Under the pieces are notes generated by a model, which was not told where the DNA came from, made no database searches, and saw nothing but the letters and a program-made list of their open reading frames with translations. From assembly GCA_016748015.1 (NCBI GenBank), contig JAAOMT010000518.1:124001-188000 (forward strand): a DNA stretch of 64,000 nt, given 5' to 3'. The position numbers and the translations under genes were made by a program. Shown piece by piece: positions 52,450-64,000 of this stretch (positions within the stretch are counted from its first letter, which is position 1; the number at the start of each line of letters is the position of its first letter). This DNA comes from Geosiphon pyriformis uo1. Its lineage: Eukaryota > Fungi > Glomeromycota.

Positions 52450-55400
52450 TAAGTGTTCAGGTTGGAAGGTTGTTTAATAACAATTATTGGTTCTAAGTTT
52501 CAGGGAATATCTTCGGGATTAACTAAAGGGGAATGTGTACCAATTTGTAGAATTAATAGTTCAGGATTGTTTCTGGAATGATAGTGTTTCAAATGATCTC
52601 CATGTGCAACTTTTGCTAGGATTTTGTCATCAAGTCTTAGCTTGTATAATCTGTTGCCTAGGATTTCATGGATAAAGAATAGTCCATTCCATTTATTTTC
52701 AAATTTTCTACTCCATTGTTTTTCAGCTTTAGTTCTGTGTAAGAGAACTTTGTTTCCAATTTTAAATTCATTGGTAACTGGAGGCAATTTGTCATCATGC
52801 CATTCTTTTTGTCAAGCTTGGGAGTGTTCAATATGGGTGGCTGCTATTTGTCATTTTTCTTCTAATATGCTATGCAGAGTGTAGGCTCTTTGCTGAAGCG
52901 TTTCTTGGAAATTGTGTTCATTGATTAGTTGTGCTGGGTATGTTTCTACTGTGAAACTAATTGGTAATGTTGCTGTCCTTCCATAAGTTAAATCAAATGG
53001 TATGTGTTTTGTGGTATCTTGTTTTAGTGTTCTGTATGCTAGCAGCACTAATAGAACAAAGATATCCCACTTTTGCTCAAAATTGGTTGAGACTTTGGCT
53101 AATGACTCACACAATGTTCTGTTAAAACATTCCACAAGTCTATTTGTTTGTGGATGGTAGGGCGAAGACAGAGGTCTTTTGACATTGAATCATTCGCAAA
53201 TTTCTTATATCAGATTGTTCACAAAGTGTGTCCTCTGATTGGATAAAAGTTCAATTGGACATCCATGTCTACAAATGATGTCTTTGTAGATGAAATTTGC
53301 TACTGATTTTACATCTGCTCATTGAATGGCTCTGGTTTCGGACCATTTAGTAAGATAGTCTACAGCTACTGCAATATAATGGTTTCCTTGAGTGGTGATA
53401 GATAGTGGTCTGACTAAATCGATACCAACTCGGTCAAAGGATTGTCCAACTTTGATTGGATTTAATGGTTCAGTAGGGCGTGTTCCTCCTTTTTTTTGAC
53501 AACTATTATAAGATTTAACATATTCGTGAATGTTTTTTCTCATTCGAGGCCAAAAGTAGTATTCTAGTGTTCTTTGGGTGGTGCCATCTTTTCTGAAGTG
53601 TGCTGATGAAGAATTTAAGTGTATGTTGTATAATATGGTCTCTTTTTCCTGTTCTTGTATTAATCTGAGTGGTTTGTTTGGGTTTTTGAAATTTTGATGA
53701 TAAATAATGTTGTTGTGTAGAAAATATTGTTTGGCTTGTTGTTGTAGTCGATGTTTTTTATCTGGAGACCAATTTGTTGGGATTGTTAATGTTTCCAAAT
53801 ATTGCTTGAGATTGTTGTAGTTTTTTGAATTCATTGTTTGTTGGCTCTTTTGGTTGGTTAAGTTGAGTGTTGGTTTTTGTGTTTTCTAATCTTGTCTTAT
53901 TCTGGAGAGACAGTCAACATTGGTGTAGAGTTTTCCTGGTTTGTGATGTACTATGTATTAATAGTTTGCGAGAAATCTTGTCCATCGGGTTTGTTTTGCA
54001 TTCAGCTGAGTATTTTTGTTCTGAAGCCATTTAAGTCCAATATTATCAGTGATAATATCGAATTCTTTAGGTCTGAGATAAAGGTTGAAGTGGTGTAGAA
54101 CCCAAATTATGGCTGCTGTTTCTAGTTCTGTGACAGGATAATTTTTCTCAGCTGGTTTTAATGTTCTGCTGGCATAGGCGATTACTCACTCATTTCCATT
54201 GTCATCCAATTGTGATAGGATAGCACCAAAGGCAGTATAAGAGGCATTTGTTGCTAATCGGAATCAGTTGCTGAAATCTGGATAGGCAAGAATTGGAGCT
54301 GTTGTCAGTTTTTCTTTGAGAATTTCAAAAGCTTTTTGGTGTTCGGTAGTCTATTTGTATTCAACGTTTTTGGTGGTGAGCTGGTTAAGGGGTTTTGCAA
54401 TTTCCGAGAATCCTTTGATAAACTTCCGATAGTAGGATGCTAATCCTATGAATCCTCTTAGTTCTGTAGTGTTTCAAGAAGTTTTGAAGTTTTTAACAAC
54501 GCTGATTTTTCCAGGGTCTGGTTTGATTCCATCTTTACTAACGATATGACCAAGAAAGACCAGGCTTGTTTTTCCAAAGTAGCATTTTTTGACATTGAGT
54601 TTTAGTCCTGCTTTTCGTAATCGTTGAAAAACTTCTCACAGGTTTTTTAAGTGTAATTCGAATGATAGAGAATAAACATCAGTATTATCAAGATAAACGA
54701 CTACTGACTTCCAAAGAAGTTCTTGATACACAACATCCATTAATCTCTAAAACGTTGCTGGTGCATTGCATAATCCAAAAGGCATTATATTGAACTCATA
54801 ATTTCCGCCTTGGGTGGTAAATGCTGTTTTGGGGCAATCTTTGGGATCCATAGCAACTTGCCAGTAACTGCTTTCTAAATCTAGTGTTGAAAAGTATTTG
54901 GATTTTCCAAGGACATCTAACATGTTATTGATTCGAAGAAGGGGGTAGGCATCTCCAATTGTAACACTGTTGAGTTGTCAATAGTCAACACAAAATCAGA
55001 TCTTTTCATTTTTCTTTTTAACTAGTACTACAGGTGAAGCCCAAAAACTCATGGAGGGTTGGATGAGCCCATTGTTAAACATTTGTTGTACTTCTTCTTA
55101 GATGAATTGGTGGCTTTCTGGAGCAACTCGATATGCTTGTTGTCTTCTTGGTTTGGCATTTCCTGTATAAATTTGGTGTTGGACCAAATTGGTTCTTCCT
55201 AAGTCATTGTTGTTTTTAGTAAAGATATTGGCAAATTCTGCAATTAGCTCTTTGAGCTGGGTCTGTTGTTGTGGTTCAAGTTGTCCCATGTTGATTTGAG
55301 ATAGTTTTTCTATGACAACATGATAGTTTTCGGAGCTGGGGTTTGAGTTGATTTTTGGTAGTGAATGTCCAATAATTTCAGAGAAATCGGGAACTGTTTG

Positions 55401-58400
55401 GAGTAATTCTTGTTGAAATATATTACTGTAAATAACTTCAATTTCTAAATTATTTAATAAAATTATGGGGTAATTATTGGGGTTGTAAAAAGTAACTCGG
55501 ACTTTCTTTGTTCCTTCTAGAATATAAATATTTGGGATCGAAATATTATGTTCCAAACAGACTTGTTCATTGGACTCAAAAATTTGTTGTGTGGTTGTTG
55601 GCTTTGGACAAGTGTAGATTTCCAGATGTTCTCCAAAGGGTAAGATGGTAATCAGTTGTAGAAGTCTGAGAATCTGGTGGAATTTGTTCTGTGTGTTAAG
55701 GGCTATATTAACTGGAACTGTAAATTGTTCAGTTGAACCAAAACCTTGGGTTCTTCTATCACTTTTTCTTAATTGTTCTCTTTGATTGATTAGTTGCAAA
55801 CCCAAAATGTTGATTAAGGGTAGGTAAATAGCTTGGACAATTTTTTCAGCATGTTCGATCTTGAATGGTTTGTCAGTTTCATTTTGAAGCATCACTGTAA
55901 TGTCTCCAGTATATCCAGCATCGATTATTTCTCCTCTGACATTGATTCTTTTGCTTGCCAGAGAGGACTGGGAGGTGATTTGAACCATTGCTCTTGGCAG
56001 GATTTTGAGTGCAATTTTGAGGTTGATTTTTGTGTGAGATTTGGGTTTAAAAACAAGAGTATCCTTGCCTGGATATTTTAGGTCATATCCAGCATCAATT
56101 TCGTGTGTTTTTTCAGGTTTCATTCCTTGTCCGTTGTTGTTGAAGTATTTAAGTTGTAAGGCAGGCTGATTTTTGATAAAGTAGATAAGTGTTGTTTCAA
56201 TTTTTTCCGTTGCTTCAGGTTCTTCAAATTCAATTTTGTTCTCATCATTTTTACTGGGCAAAGGGATACTAAGAGCGTAGCATTCAGGACACTACTGTTT
56301 ATTACAAGACATAATGTATTCTTCACATAACCTAATGTTCATTTGCTCTAATCATTGAATTTGAGCTTTTTGGATTGGATAGGTGTGACTTGCAATTTGG
56401 TAGTAGACTTCTACTTCGTTTTCGTAATCGAATCCAGCTAATTTCATGGTGTATTCAATATATTCTGCTTCCTTTATTTGATGAACATCTTCTTTGGTAG
56501 CTCCATTAATTAATGCCATTGCTAAGTCGAAAATCATCTCAGCATCATAGGGGTAATGATAAAGTTTGTTGAAAGCACTATTGTATCCTGCATTAAAAGG
56601 TGTTTCTTTTTTTACTTTTTCTGAAATTGATAAAGCATATTGGCAGGTCTGATCACAGACTCCTTCTCTCATGGCTATATCAATCCAATTGCATTTTTCT
56701 GATAGTATATCTCCACAAGTCAAACAAGGAGTGTTATCCTATTTTCTGCTTCTTTTTATTAGATGGCCCCATCATTCTCTGTGGCAAGCCTTGCAGTAAT
56801 AACAAGTATGATTTTCATATTCTTCTTCAGGTAAAATGCAGGCTTTCATTAACAATAGTTTCTTGTGGCAGTCTTTACATTTAAGGGGAATATAGGGGCA
56901 TTGTTTTCTTGGTTCGGGTTTTGAGTAAGGAATATTTTATCCAGAGGTTTCGGGTTCAGAGTGTGGGGTAAAATGTTTTTGTTCTGTTTTATCAGCCCAG
57001 TTGGACATTGATCCAAGAGCCATGAATGTTTCGATGAGGGGTTTTTCTTTTTCTGGTTCGAATTCAAAAGCTGGGGCTTTTTCAGAGCATTTGTTGAATG
57101 TACTACAAGTGGCAGGTATCCGGGCATGTTGTTCTTGGTAGGAGATTGTTAACTCTTGTGTTTCCCAATTCAGATTAGCATTGGCTTTTTGAAGCCAATC
57201 ATTTCCAATGAGAGCTTGGTACTGGGGTGCGTCTATTATAAGAACTTTGACTGGAATGGTGATTCCATCGAGAGTGAATGGAAAATTGTCAATTTCTCTT
57301 ACTGGGGTTTTTTTCATGCTATTGGCAGTAATGATTACTGTTTGAGCTGGTCGGTCGACATTTCTCTTCAACTGTTGCATTAACTGGTAGGTGATAATGC
57401 TTCTGGCGGATCCACTGTCTAGGATCAAGTGAATTGTCTTTCCTTCAACTTCTGCTTCAGTGTACATAGCTGTGATTGCTTTTTGTTCATTGGCAGCTAC
57501 ATTGCTAAGCAAAAATGGTGACTTATTTGCTTCAAACTCAAAAAAGAATATATCTGAAAGGTTAGTGTTTTCAGCAATTCTGGCTGGTGGGATTGTGGTG
57601 AGAGTATAAGAAGGGTTTTGTTGTTGTGCTGCAGCTCTACCTTCCGAGGGTGCAGTATGGTGAAAATCCTGTTCTTTTGGCATTGTTAAATAACTGGGTT
57701 GAGTGTGGTAGTGGTTGAGTGGAATTTCGGAGAACCAATTGGTTGTTTGAACTGATTCTATTGTTGTTTACTTGGTATTGGTTTTGTGGTGTGAATTGAT
57801 TTTGTGTAATTAGTCTTTAAGCAGGTACTTGATAATGTTGTGTGGGTGGTTGTTGGTACTGCTATTGGATTGGCTGTGGGATGGGCTGATAATAGTTATT
57901 TTAGTATTGGGGTCTTGGTGGATAGTAAGCTAGTAGTGGTGGTTAATAATAAGATTGCTGTGGTGAAGAGTAACGTTAATTACTCCTATTTTGTTGGTCT
58001 TGTTGTAGCTTTCTGTAATCTCTTTTCCAGTGACCAGAGATTCCACAGTAATGGCAATTCTAAGGCTGGTTATTAGAAAGTGGTGCAAAGTTATTTTGAT
58101 TTCATCTTTGGGGTGGTTGATATCTTTGGGGTTGCTGTTGTTGTTGATTGGTGAAATAGTTTTCAACCTTTTTTGTAAGTTGGTCAATTTTTTCCTCAGC
58201 TGCTGAGCTAGGTTTCTCCAATTGCCAAATTTACAAGTTTTGTGCAATTGCTCTCTTCCATGGTCATTTCATATCTTTTTGTATGCTGTATGGCAGAGTT
58301 TAAATCTTCTGGCGCATGTGGGTGAATCTTTTTAATTAGTTTATCTTTTAGACCAGCAATAAATTGATCCAAGATTTGAGCATCAGAATAATAATTGTTT

Positions 58401-59400
58401 GTTTCAAGTTGGCGAATTCGTCTGAGAAGTTTGTTGAATTTCCCAATATAAGTCATAACAGATTTGGAGGGTTTTTGTTTGATATTTTGAAAATGATTGC
58501 AAAGGGTGATAGAGGTATTATTGTCGGTGAACTGTTCAAGGAAAGCTGCTTTGAAAGTGTTCCAATCATTGAATGGGGCAGCCAAGTTTTCAAACCATTC
58601 TCCTGCTGTTCCTTTGAGAAAGTAGGAAATTGTTCTTAACATTCTGGCAGCATTCCATCTATTTGCATCTCCAGCTTTAGTAATTTGGTCGAGTCATTCT
58701 TGGAGACTGGTCTTAATATCTTCTCCATTGAATTCAGGAATTTTTGCGATATATGTTGTCATTTTGTCTTCTTCATTTTCACTGTCTATTGATTCTTCTT
58801 TAGTTATTTCAGAGTTATTTTCTTTGTTTGCTGCTGTCTCAGAGTGTTCACTTTGGTTTTCAGCTAGAAAATCAAGGAGATTGGAACTAATTTGAAGGGG
58901 TTCTTGTTGTCTGGTGGGACTTCTGAGTGATGTAAAATCTTCTGGTCTTGCAAATCAATTCAAGAGTAAATTAGGTGTTTGTGCTTGTGCAAGTGAAGCT
59001 GGAAAAGGTGTGATAGTAAGTGGAAGTTTTGAACTGGTTCCTTGTTCAGGTGTTTGTAAATGTTTGGCAGTTGTTTTTGGTAGTGTTGGAGTATTTGGGG
59101 TGGCCCTTGAGTATTGCTTCAATTTGTTTTTGTCTTTGTTGCTTGTTTCTGTTTCCGATTTAAAATCAATAGTGTATTGAGACTGCACTGAATATGTTTC
59201 TTCACAGTATTTAATAATGTTAAAATTAAGTTCGTGAAAGTAAGTGGCAAGTGTTTCACTGTTAAGGTCTTCAGTTCCCAACTGTGAATAGTGTGCTAAA
59301 TTATTGTAAAAGTTGCTTCTAACTTCTGAAATATTGTAATTTCCAAAAGATAATTGTTGATGTGGTTTTCAATGTATTGGTATACTGATTTCTTAACAAC
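52450..59400 (-). pseudogene. Gag-Pol polyprotein remnant
   Basis: Gag YFLKGTAGEWF..QFIAGL plus a knuckle; protease LILDSGSA; dUTPase DAGYDL/IIDAGYTGD/GFGST. RT SPVVLVKK..FCVDY, IMPFGLCNAP, VYLDN; RNase H ATNAS..GAILSQ..IAYASR..ELE; integrase FDRVGIDL, YHPQTN.LVE.FNRTL and a GPY/F-like C-terminus. Confidence 0.93.
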
Positions 59401-59519
59401 TTCAATTCCGTCTGAAATGTTGAATCTTTACTTGCAGTGGGTGTAAATTGACTGATAATACTCTAGAGTTGTTGTGTCTGGTGTGGTCACCACTTTGAAT
59501 TTGTTGTTGCTGTGTTATT

Positions 59520-59536
59520 TCCATGGGAGAGCACCA
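59520..59536 (-). promoter_or_regulatory. Primer-binding site
   Basis: TGGTGCTCTCCCATGGA starts 2 nt after the 5' LTR on the minus strand. Confidence 0.8.
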
Positions 59537-59538
59537 AA

Positions 59539-60521
59539 TGTTACTAGAGGTTTTTTGGTCTCTTTTCTTAAATGTTGTCGATGCTTGTTTGCTGCAAATT
59601 CATGTTTTCTGGATGTGGTTGAACCTCCAATAACTGAATTTATCTTCAAATTATTTCTTATAATTTGAACTGCTGGGCTTATAAATGAAATGGCCAATTC
59701 TGTGCCAGTTGCTTTATGTAGTTACATTGTAATAAACATTAACTCTTTCTCAGGAAATGCTTGTCTGGAAGCTCACTAAAAAATGTGTAGTTATTTTGCT
59801 GTGAAAGTCAACTCTTCTACAGGAATTTTGTCTGTAGGCTATCCTAATGATTGTAATAAGAAAAGAAAAGAAAAATAAAAGAAATATAAAAGAAAATAAG
59901 ATTTTATCAAGGGAAATGTTTTCTATCCAGGCCTGAAGTCACTAACAATTTACTGAAATTGGTAACTAATTAATTTCAAAACGTTAGTTGGGTTTTGGGG
60001 ATTTTCCAAGTACAATAATTAAAGAATTTGGTTTATTGAATTATTTGATATTTATTTCTTTGTGTGTGTGTAGGAATGGTTCTAAGTGATAAATCTAAAG
60101 TAAGATACATTTTCTTGAAGAGAGATGCTTTTCTTTTATACAACTTGTCATAACACTATTTTATGAACTTGAACTTTGCTATTTTCTACAATTTCGCTGA
60201 ACTAAAGATATATTTTGGCGAATTACAAGTTATTTCTGCGAACTATTAGATATTTCGGTGAACTATCAATTATTTTGGCAAATTTCTACAAATTTTGGCA
60301 AACTTTTTGAATGTTACATAGTTCGGGGTATTGCATAATTTGATCATCACAATTAGGTTACATTTGTGTTGTATACAAATTGGGTTATTAATTAAATGAT
60401 AATTTCAGACATTTTGTTAATGTAATAAGTAATAATTTGAAACAATAATATATGCTAATTAATAATAGGATTTATAAGATAATTTCATGCTAAATAATAT
60501 CTCTAATTTTGTTTAGTAATA
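59539..60521 (-). repeat. 5' LTR (983 bp)
   Basis: Direct repeat of 50663-51644. Confidence 0.95.
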
Positions 60522-63500
60522 CTGGTCATCTTTCTTTGTTTACAGATAGTTCTTTGAGTAGGCTGGGTACTCTTAGTATAAAAACTGGTACTGCTGTTTT
60601 TTTTGAGGACATTAATTTGGGTTTAAGTGTAGGGGTGTTTGGATTGGTTTTTTCTACTATGGCAGAATTGCAGGCCATTGCTATGACTCTCAAGTGTGTT
60701 TCTCTTTCTCATTCGGTTGACTTGTTTTTAGACAGCCAGGCTGTTTTGCATGCATGCAAGTCAAAATTCATGTTAATTCATCCGGATTTCAGGAATCGGT
60801 GTTGGATCAAGCATTGCCACATTGCTAATGTCATTCGATGCAAAAATTTGAATGTTAATTGGATTAAGATTAAAGATCACTCTGGTGTCTTGGGCAATGA
60901 GCATGCTAATGCTTTCGCTGGGGCTGCTGTATTCTCTGATATGCATCTTTTTCACATGATTAATAAACATTTTTTCAGGACTGGTGGTACTGCAGTGTTT
61001 GGTAATTCTAGGTATTTTATTCATGATGTTTTCCAATCTGTTTACCATGCATGTTGGGAGATTGGTTCTGGTTTCTGGGTCTTGGTAGATAGCCTGTATG
61101 CTGATGTTGATTGGTCTAAATCTTCTTTGGTGTGGTATCTAGACTTTTATTTGGCTGCTGGCTTCACTAGTGCTTGGACTGCTGGTTTTTAGACATATTT
61201 TATAAAAGCATTGCATCATCATCTTTCTGTTGCTGTATGTAAACATCTTTATAATAAAAGTTATTCTAGTGTAATATGTCTATTCTGTGACAATGTTGAG
61301 ATCTCGGACCATGTGTTTTCTTGCTTATTTGATGCTGCTGGTCATGCTTGGTTGGTAAAAGTTCATGTGTCTACTTGGGAGGCATGCTTGGGTTTATTTC
61401 ATTCTTCTTCGTGTGTTTCACAGTTGCTTTCTACTTGCATCTTCAATGTTAGTGTTGATACAGTTCTGTGTAAAGGCTTTGTTTTTAAGAAGTGGTATTA
61501 TGAATCTGTTGCTGTTTTTAAAGACTCTAAGATAGTGGCTCGGAATATTGTGGTCTTTGTATATAAGTTTTGTTTTGCATTTCATGATAATGTTTGGCTA
61601 ATATGTATTAAGTACTGGGCTGTTATAGAGAAAGATGGCATGATTTCACATGATAATTCTGTTCTTGTTTCTATCTCTGGTCTTTTTTTGGTGTTTTCGG
61701 CCAGTGTAATTAAGTTGTTAGGTATTGCAGATGCATTTGGTGTTAGTTTTAGGTTTCATAAATCTTGTTTATTCTTTTTAGGTTTAGGTAACATGGTTTC
61801 AGTGCATATAAGTGTCTAATATTGTCCTGACTAGTTTGAGTGGCTGGTCACATATAGAAAATGCATGATTTACACCTAGTTTAGATTACTTGTATAATGT
61901 ATTATACTAGGTAGTATTTGGACTTCATATGTTAAATTGAAGAAAAAAAAATAATAATTATTTAAAATATTTGAATTATAATCAATATCTTATTAATTTA
62001 AAACTTTAAATTAAAACTTTAAATTAATATTAACAATTAAACAAACTAAATAATTAATATATTTTTTATTTAAAACAAAAATTAAAAAAAGTCAGTTTAT
62101 GTTTTATTTAAATACAAAGATTATAATAAAAAACTTTTATTTATAAAAATCTGTATTTATCAAAAAATTATGCTTATTATTATTATAAAATCTGCCATAA
62201 AAAATAATTTAATCATCCAAAACAAAACAAAAAATAAAACAATAAATCATGTTTTATTTATATATAATTATTATTTAATAAAATATAATTAAGTTAATAT
62301 TTTAATAAAAAAAAATTTATAACTAAATTTGTTAATATACTTTATTTATTTTAAATAAAGTAAAAAAAACCTTATTTTAAACAATATAAAACAGTATTTT
62401 AAACAAAGTGTATTATTAGCAATAATTTTTATTAATAAAAAAATCCAAAAAAATGTTTAATAAATAAAAATCTAAGAATAAATTTAAAAATAAATACAAT
62501 ATTTAATTATGGGTAGCATTTAGATCTTATTTGTTAAGCATAATAATAAAAAAATTTTAGTTATTACAAAGTAAAAAATAAATAAATAATTGACTGTATT
62601 TTGTGCATAGTTTTTTTTTTGTAATAGACTTATAATATTTGGTTTTTAAGTATTCTTTATATTATAATATTAATGAATTTTCAACTTGTTTAAGCTTATT
62701 TTCTTTATTGGCATTATTAACTTAATTGTTTTTTAAGATTTGATCTTGATTTTGAAGTATAAATACTACTTTTTTATGTTGACCAATAAATTGTCTTAAC
62801 TATATTATTATCTTACTATGATTGTTATATTTAATAGTAAGCTAAACAACTTGTTATATGAATTCTTATATTTTACTATATTTTTGTTTTTTCTGTGTTA
62901 CAAGACATGAAACATTAATAATGGTTTTAAGTATAATTAAAAAATTTAGAATTACTATTTAGTTGGAAGAATTTTTTGTAGTCTCTTAATTTGTAAAACA
63001 AAAAGCTTTAATAACTAAATTATTGTTTTTTTTTTCATTAGTATACTATTACAAAAGTATTATTTAAATGTGAAACTCTACAATTTTTGAATATAACAAT
63101 ATTTAAAAATAATGATAACAAACAATATTACAAGATATACTAAACAAATATGAACAAAAATAAGAAACAAAATCAACAATTATAATAAAATATAAATACT
63201 TGTTGTTTTCTGGTCATAGATCTGTGATTTTCTACACTTTTTTGATGTTTTTTTATTGGCTTCAGCAATTATTAATTTCAATAAAATTTGTTTCATATTA
63301 TACAAATTCTTAATAAAATTATTTGTTATATTAGGATTGGAATTTTAAATTTCAAAATGTTGTTAGATAAATAACTTGAAAAAGTACATTAGGAAATAAA
63401 TTTTTTTACCTCATTATAAGTATTGATATTTAATAATAATTAACTTACAATAAAGTATAAATATTGTGCTATTTCTAAATATTTCATAAATAAGATATGA

Positions 63501-64000
63501 AACATAAGATATTAAGTTATTTGTTTGTTAACTTCAGAAAAGAGATTATGGTTAATTAACATAATTTTTATATAAAATGAAAGTATACAATATTCAAAAA
63601 AACAATTTTATTCTTTATTTTTAAGTTTTGTATTTAATGCACCAGCAAAATTACACAAATTATTATTTGCTAAAAGCATATATTTAATAATATTGTTAAA
63701 GTTTTTAATACAAAAAGTAGTTTAAGTTCCTATAATAAATATTTTTGATGTGAATGCACAAGTTTATACTTGTTAGCTGAAATAAAAAACTCTCATTAAA
63801 TAATTTTTAGTATTAATATATGTTTTAGTAAGTTGTAATTATTGTTCATAGAAATTTTTTTTACATAAATTATTGTAACATAAAAAAAATTATAAACAAA
63901 GCTTTCATATTAATTGTAAAGCTTTGACTTAAGATTCCTTGATAAGTTTTTATTAATGTAAAAAATACAATAAATTTGGTAAATTGTTTTATATACTTAA

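Larger units (their letters stand above)
50663..60521 (-). mobile_element. Full-length Ty3/Gypsy LTR retrotransposon with dUTPase and an extra 3' ORF (degenerate)
   Basis: LTRs at 50663-51644 and 59539-60521 with TSD CTGG (50659-62 and 60522-25). Domain order is gag-PR-dUTPase-RT-RH-IN. Confidence 0.96.
47268..61819 (+). pseudogene. LINE ORF2 (AP endonuclease, reverse transcriptase, RNase H, zinc finger), split by the Gypsy insertion at 50663-60525
   Basis: APE motifs TCNVR and ILGGDFN; RT motifs HPIALI, MWKAYDSV, GLDQ..FS and FV(N)DT. RNase H motifs LFTDSS, STMAELQAI, FLDSQAV and WIKIKDHSGVLGNEHAN; C-terminal CLFC..EISDHVFSC. Confidence 0.92.
45308..61952 (+). mobile_element. Full-length LINE (~6.8 kb excluding the nested Gypsy): ORF1 + ORF2 (APE-RT-RNase H-CCHC), 3' motif, poly(A)
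   Basis: Putative TSD AATAATTATTTAAAA at 45293-45307 and 61953-61967. Domains are as described in the ORF features. Confidence 0.9.

Noticed and set aside
52450-52787. Chromodomain at the integrase C-terminus
   Set aside because: Only a GPY/F (SH3-like) module is visible, with no YLVKW-type chromodomain motif.
62000-64000. Possible further decayed element
   Set aside because: No termini, ORF or alignment to other repeats could be supported by eye.

Overview
Very AT-rich eukaryotic DNA with spliceosomal introns. It is most consistent with a Glomeromycotina/Mucoromycota fungus; Geosiphon-like is an inference from the mix of lipase-3, dUTPase-Gypsy and RNase H-LINE sequences. A CpG-retaining gene island (~4.4-18.8 kb) holds a UVSSA homolog divergent from CCR4, an orphan membrane-anchored coiled-coil gene, and a class-3 lipase-like gene lacking its catalytic Ser and His, plus an inverted pseudogene copy of that gene. 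The remainder (~20-62 kb) is nested retroelements. These include APE-RT-RNase H LINEs (one full length with a target-site duplication), two ORF1-only 'half-LINE' copies, two dUTPase-bearing Ty3/Gypsy elements and a solo LTR; all three LTR insertions lie inside LINEs. The most notable signal is a ~115-nt four-way-junction RNA fold between the stop codon and poly(A) of every LINE and half-LINE (8 copies), suggesting a shared cis-signal for an autonomous/non-autonomous partnership. TEs show strong C>T/G>A hypermutation that spares the host gene duplication. Two assembly artefacts are present: a Tn5/Nextera mosaic end and a duplicated gap flank. All alignments, folds and counts were done by eye.
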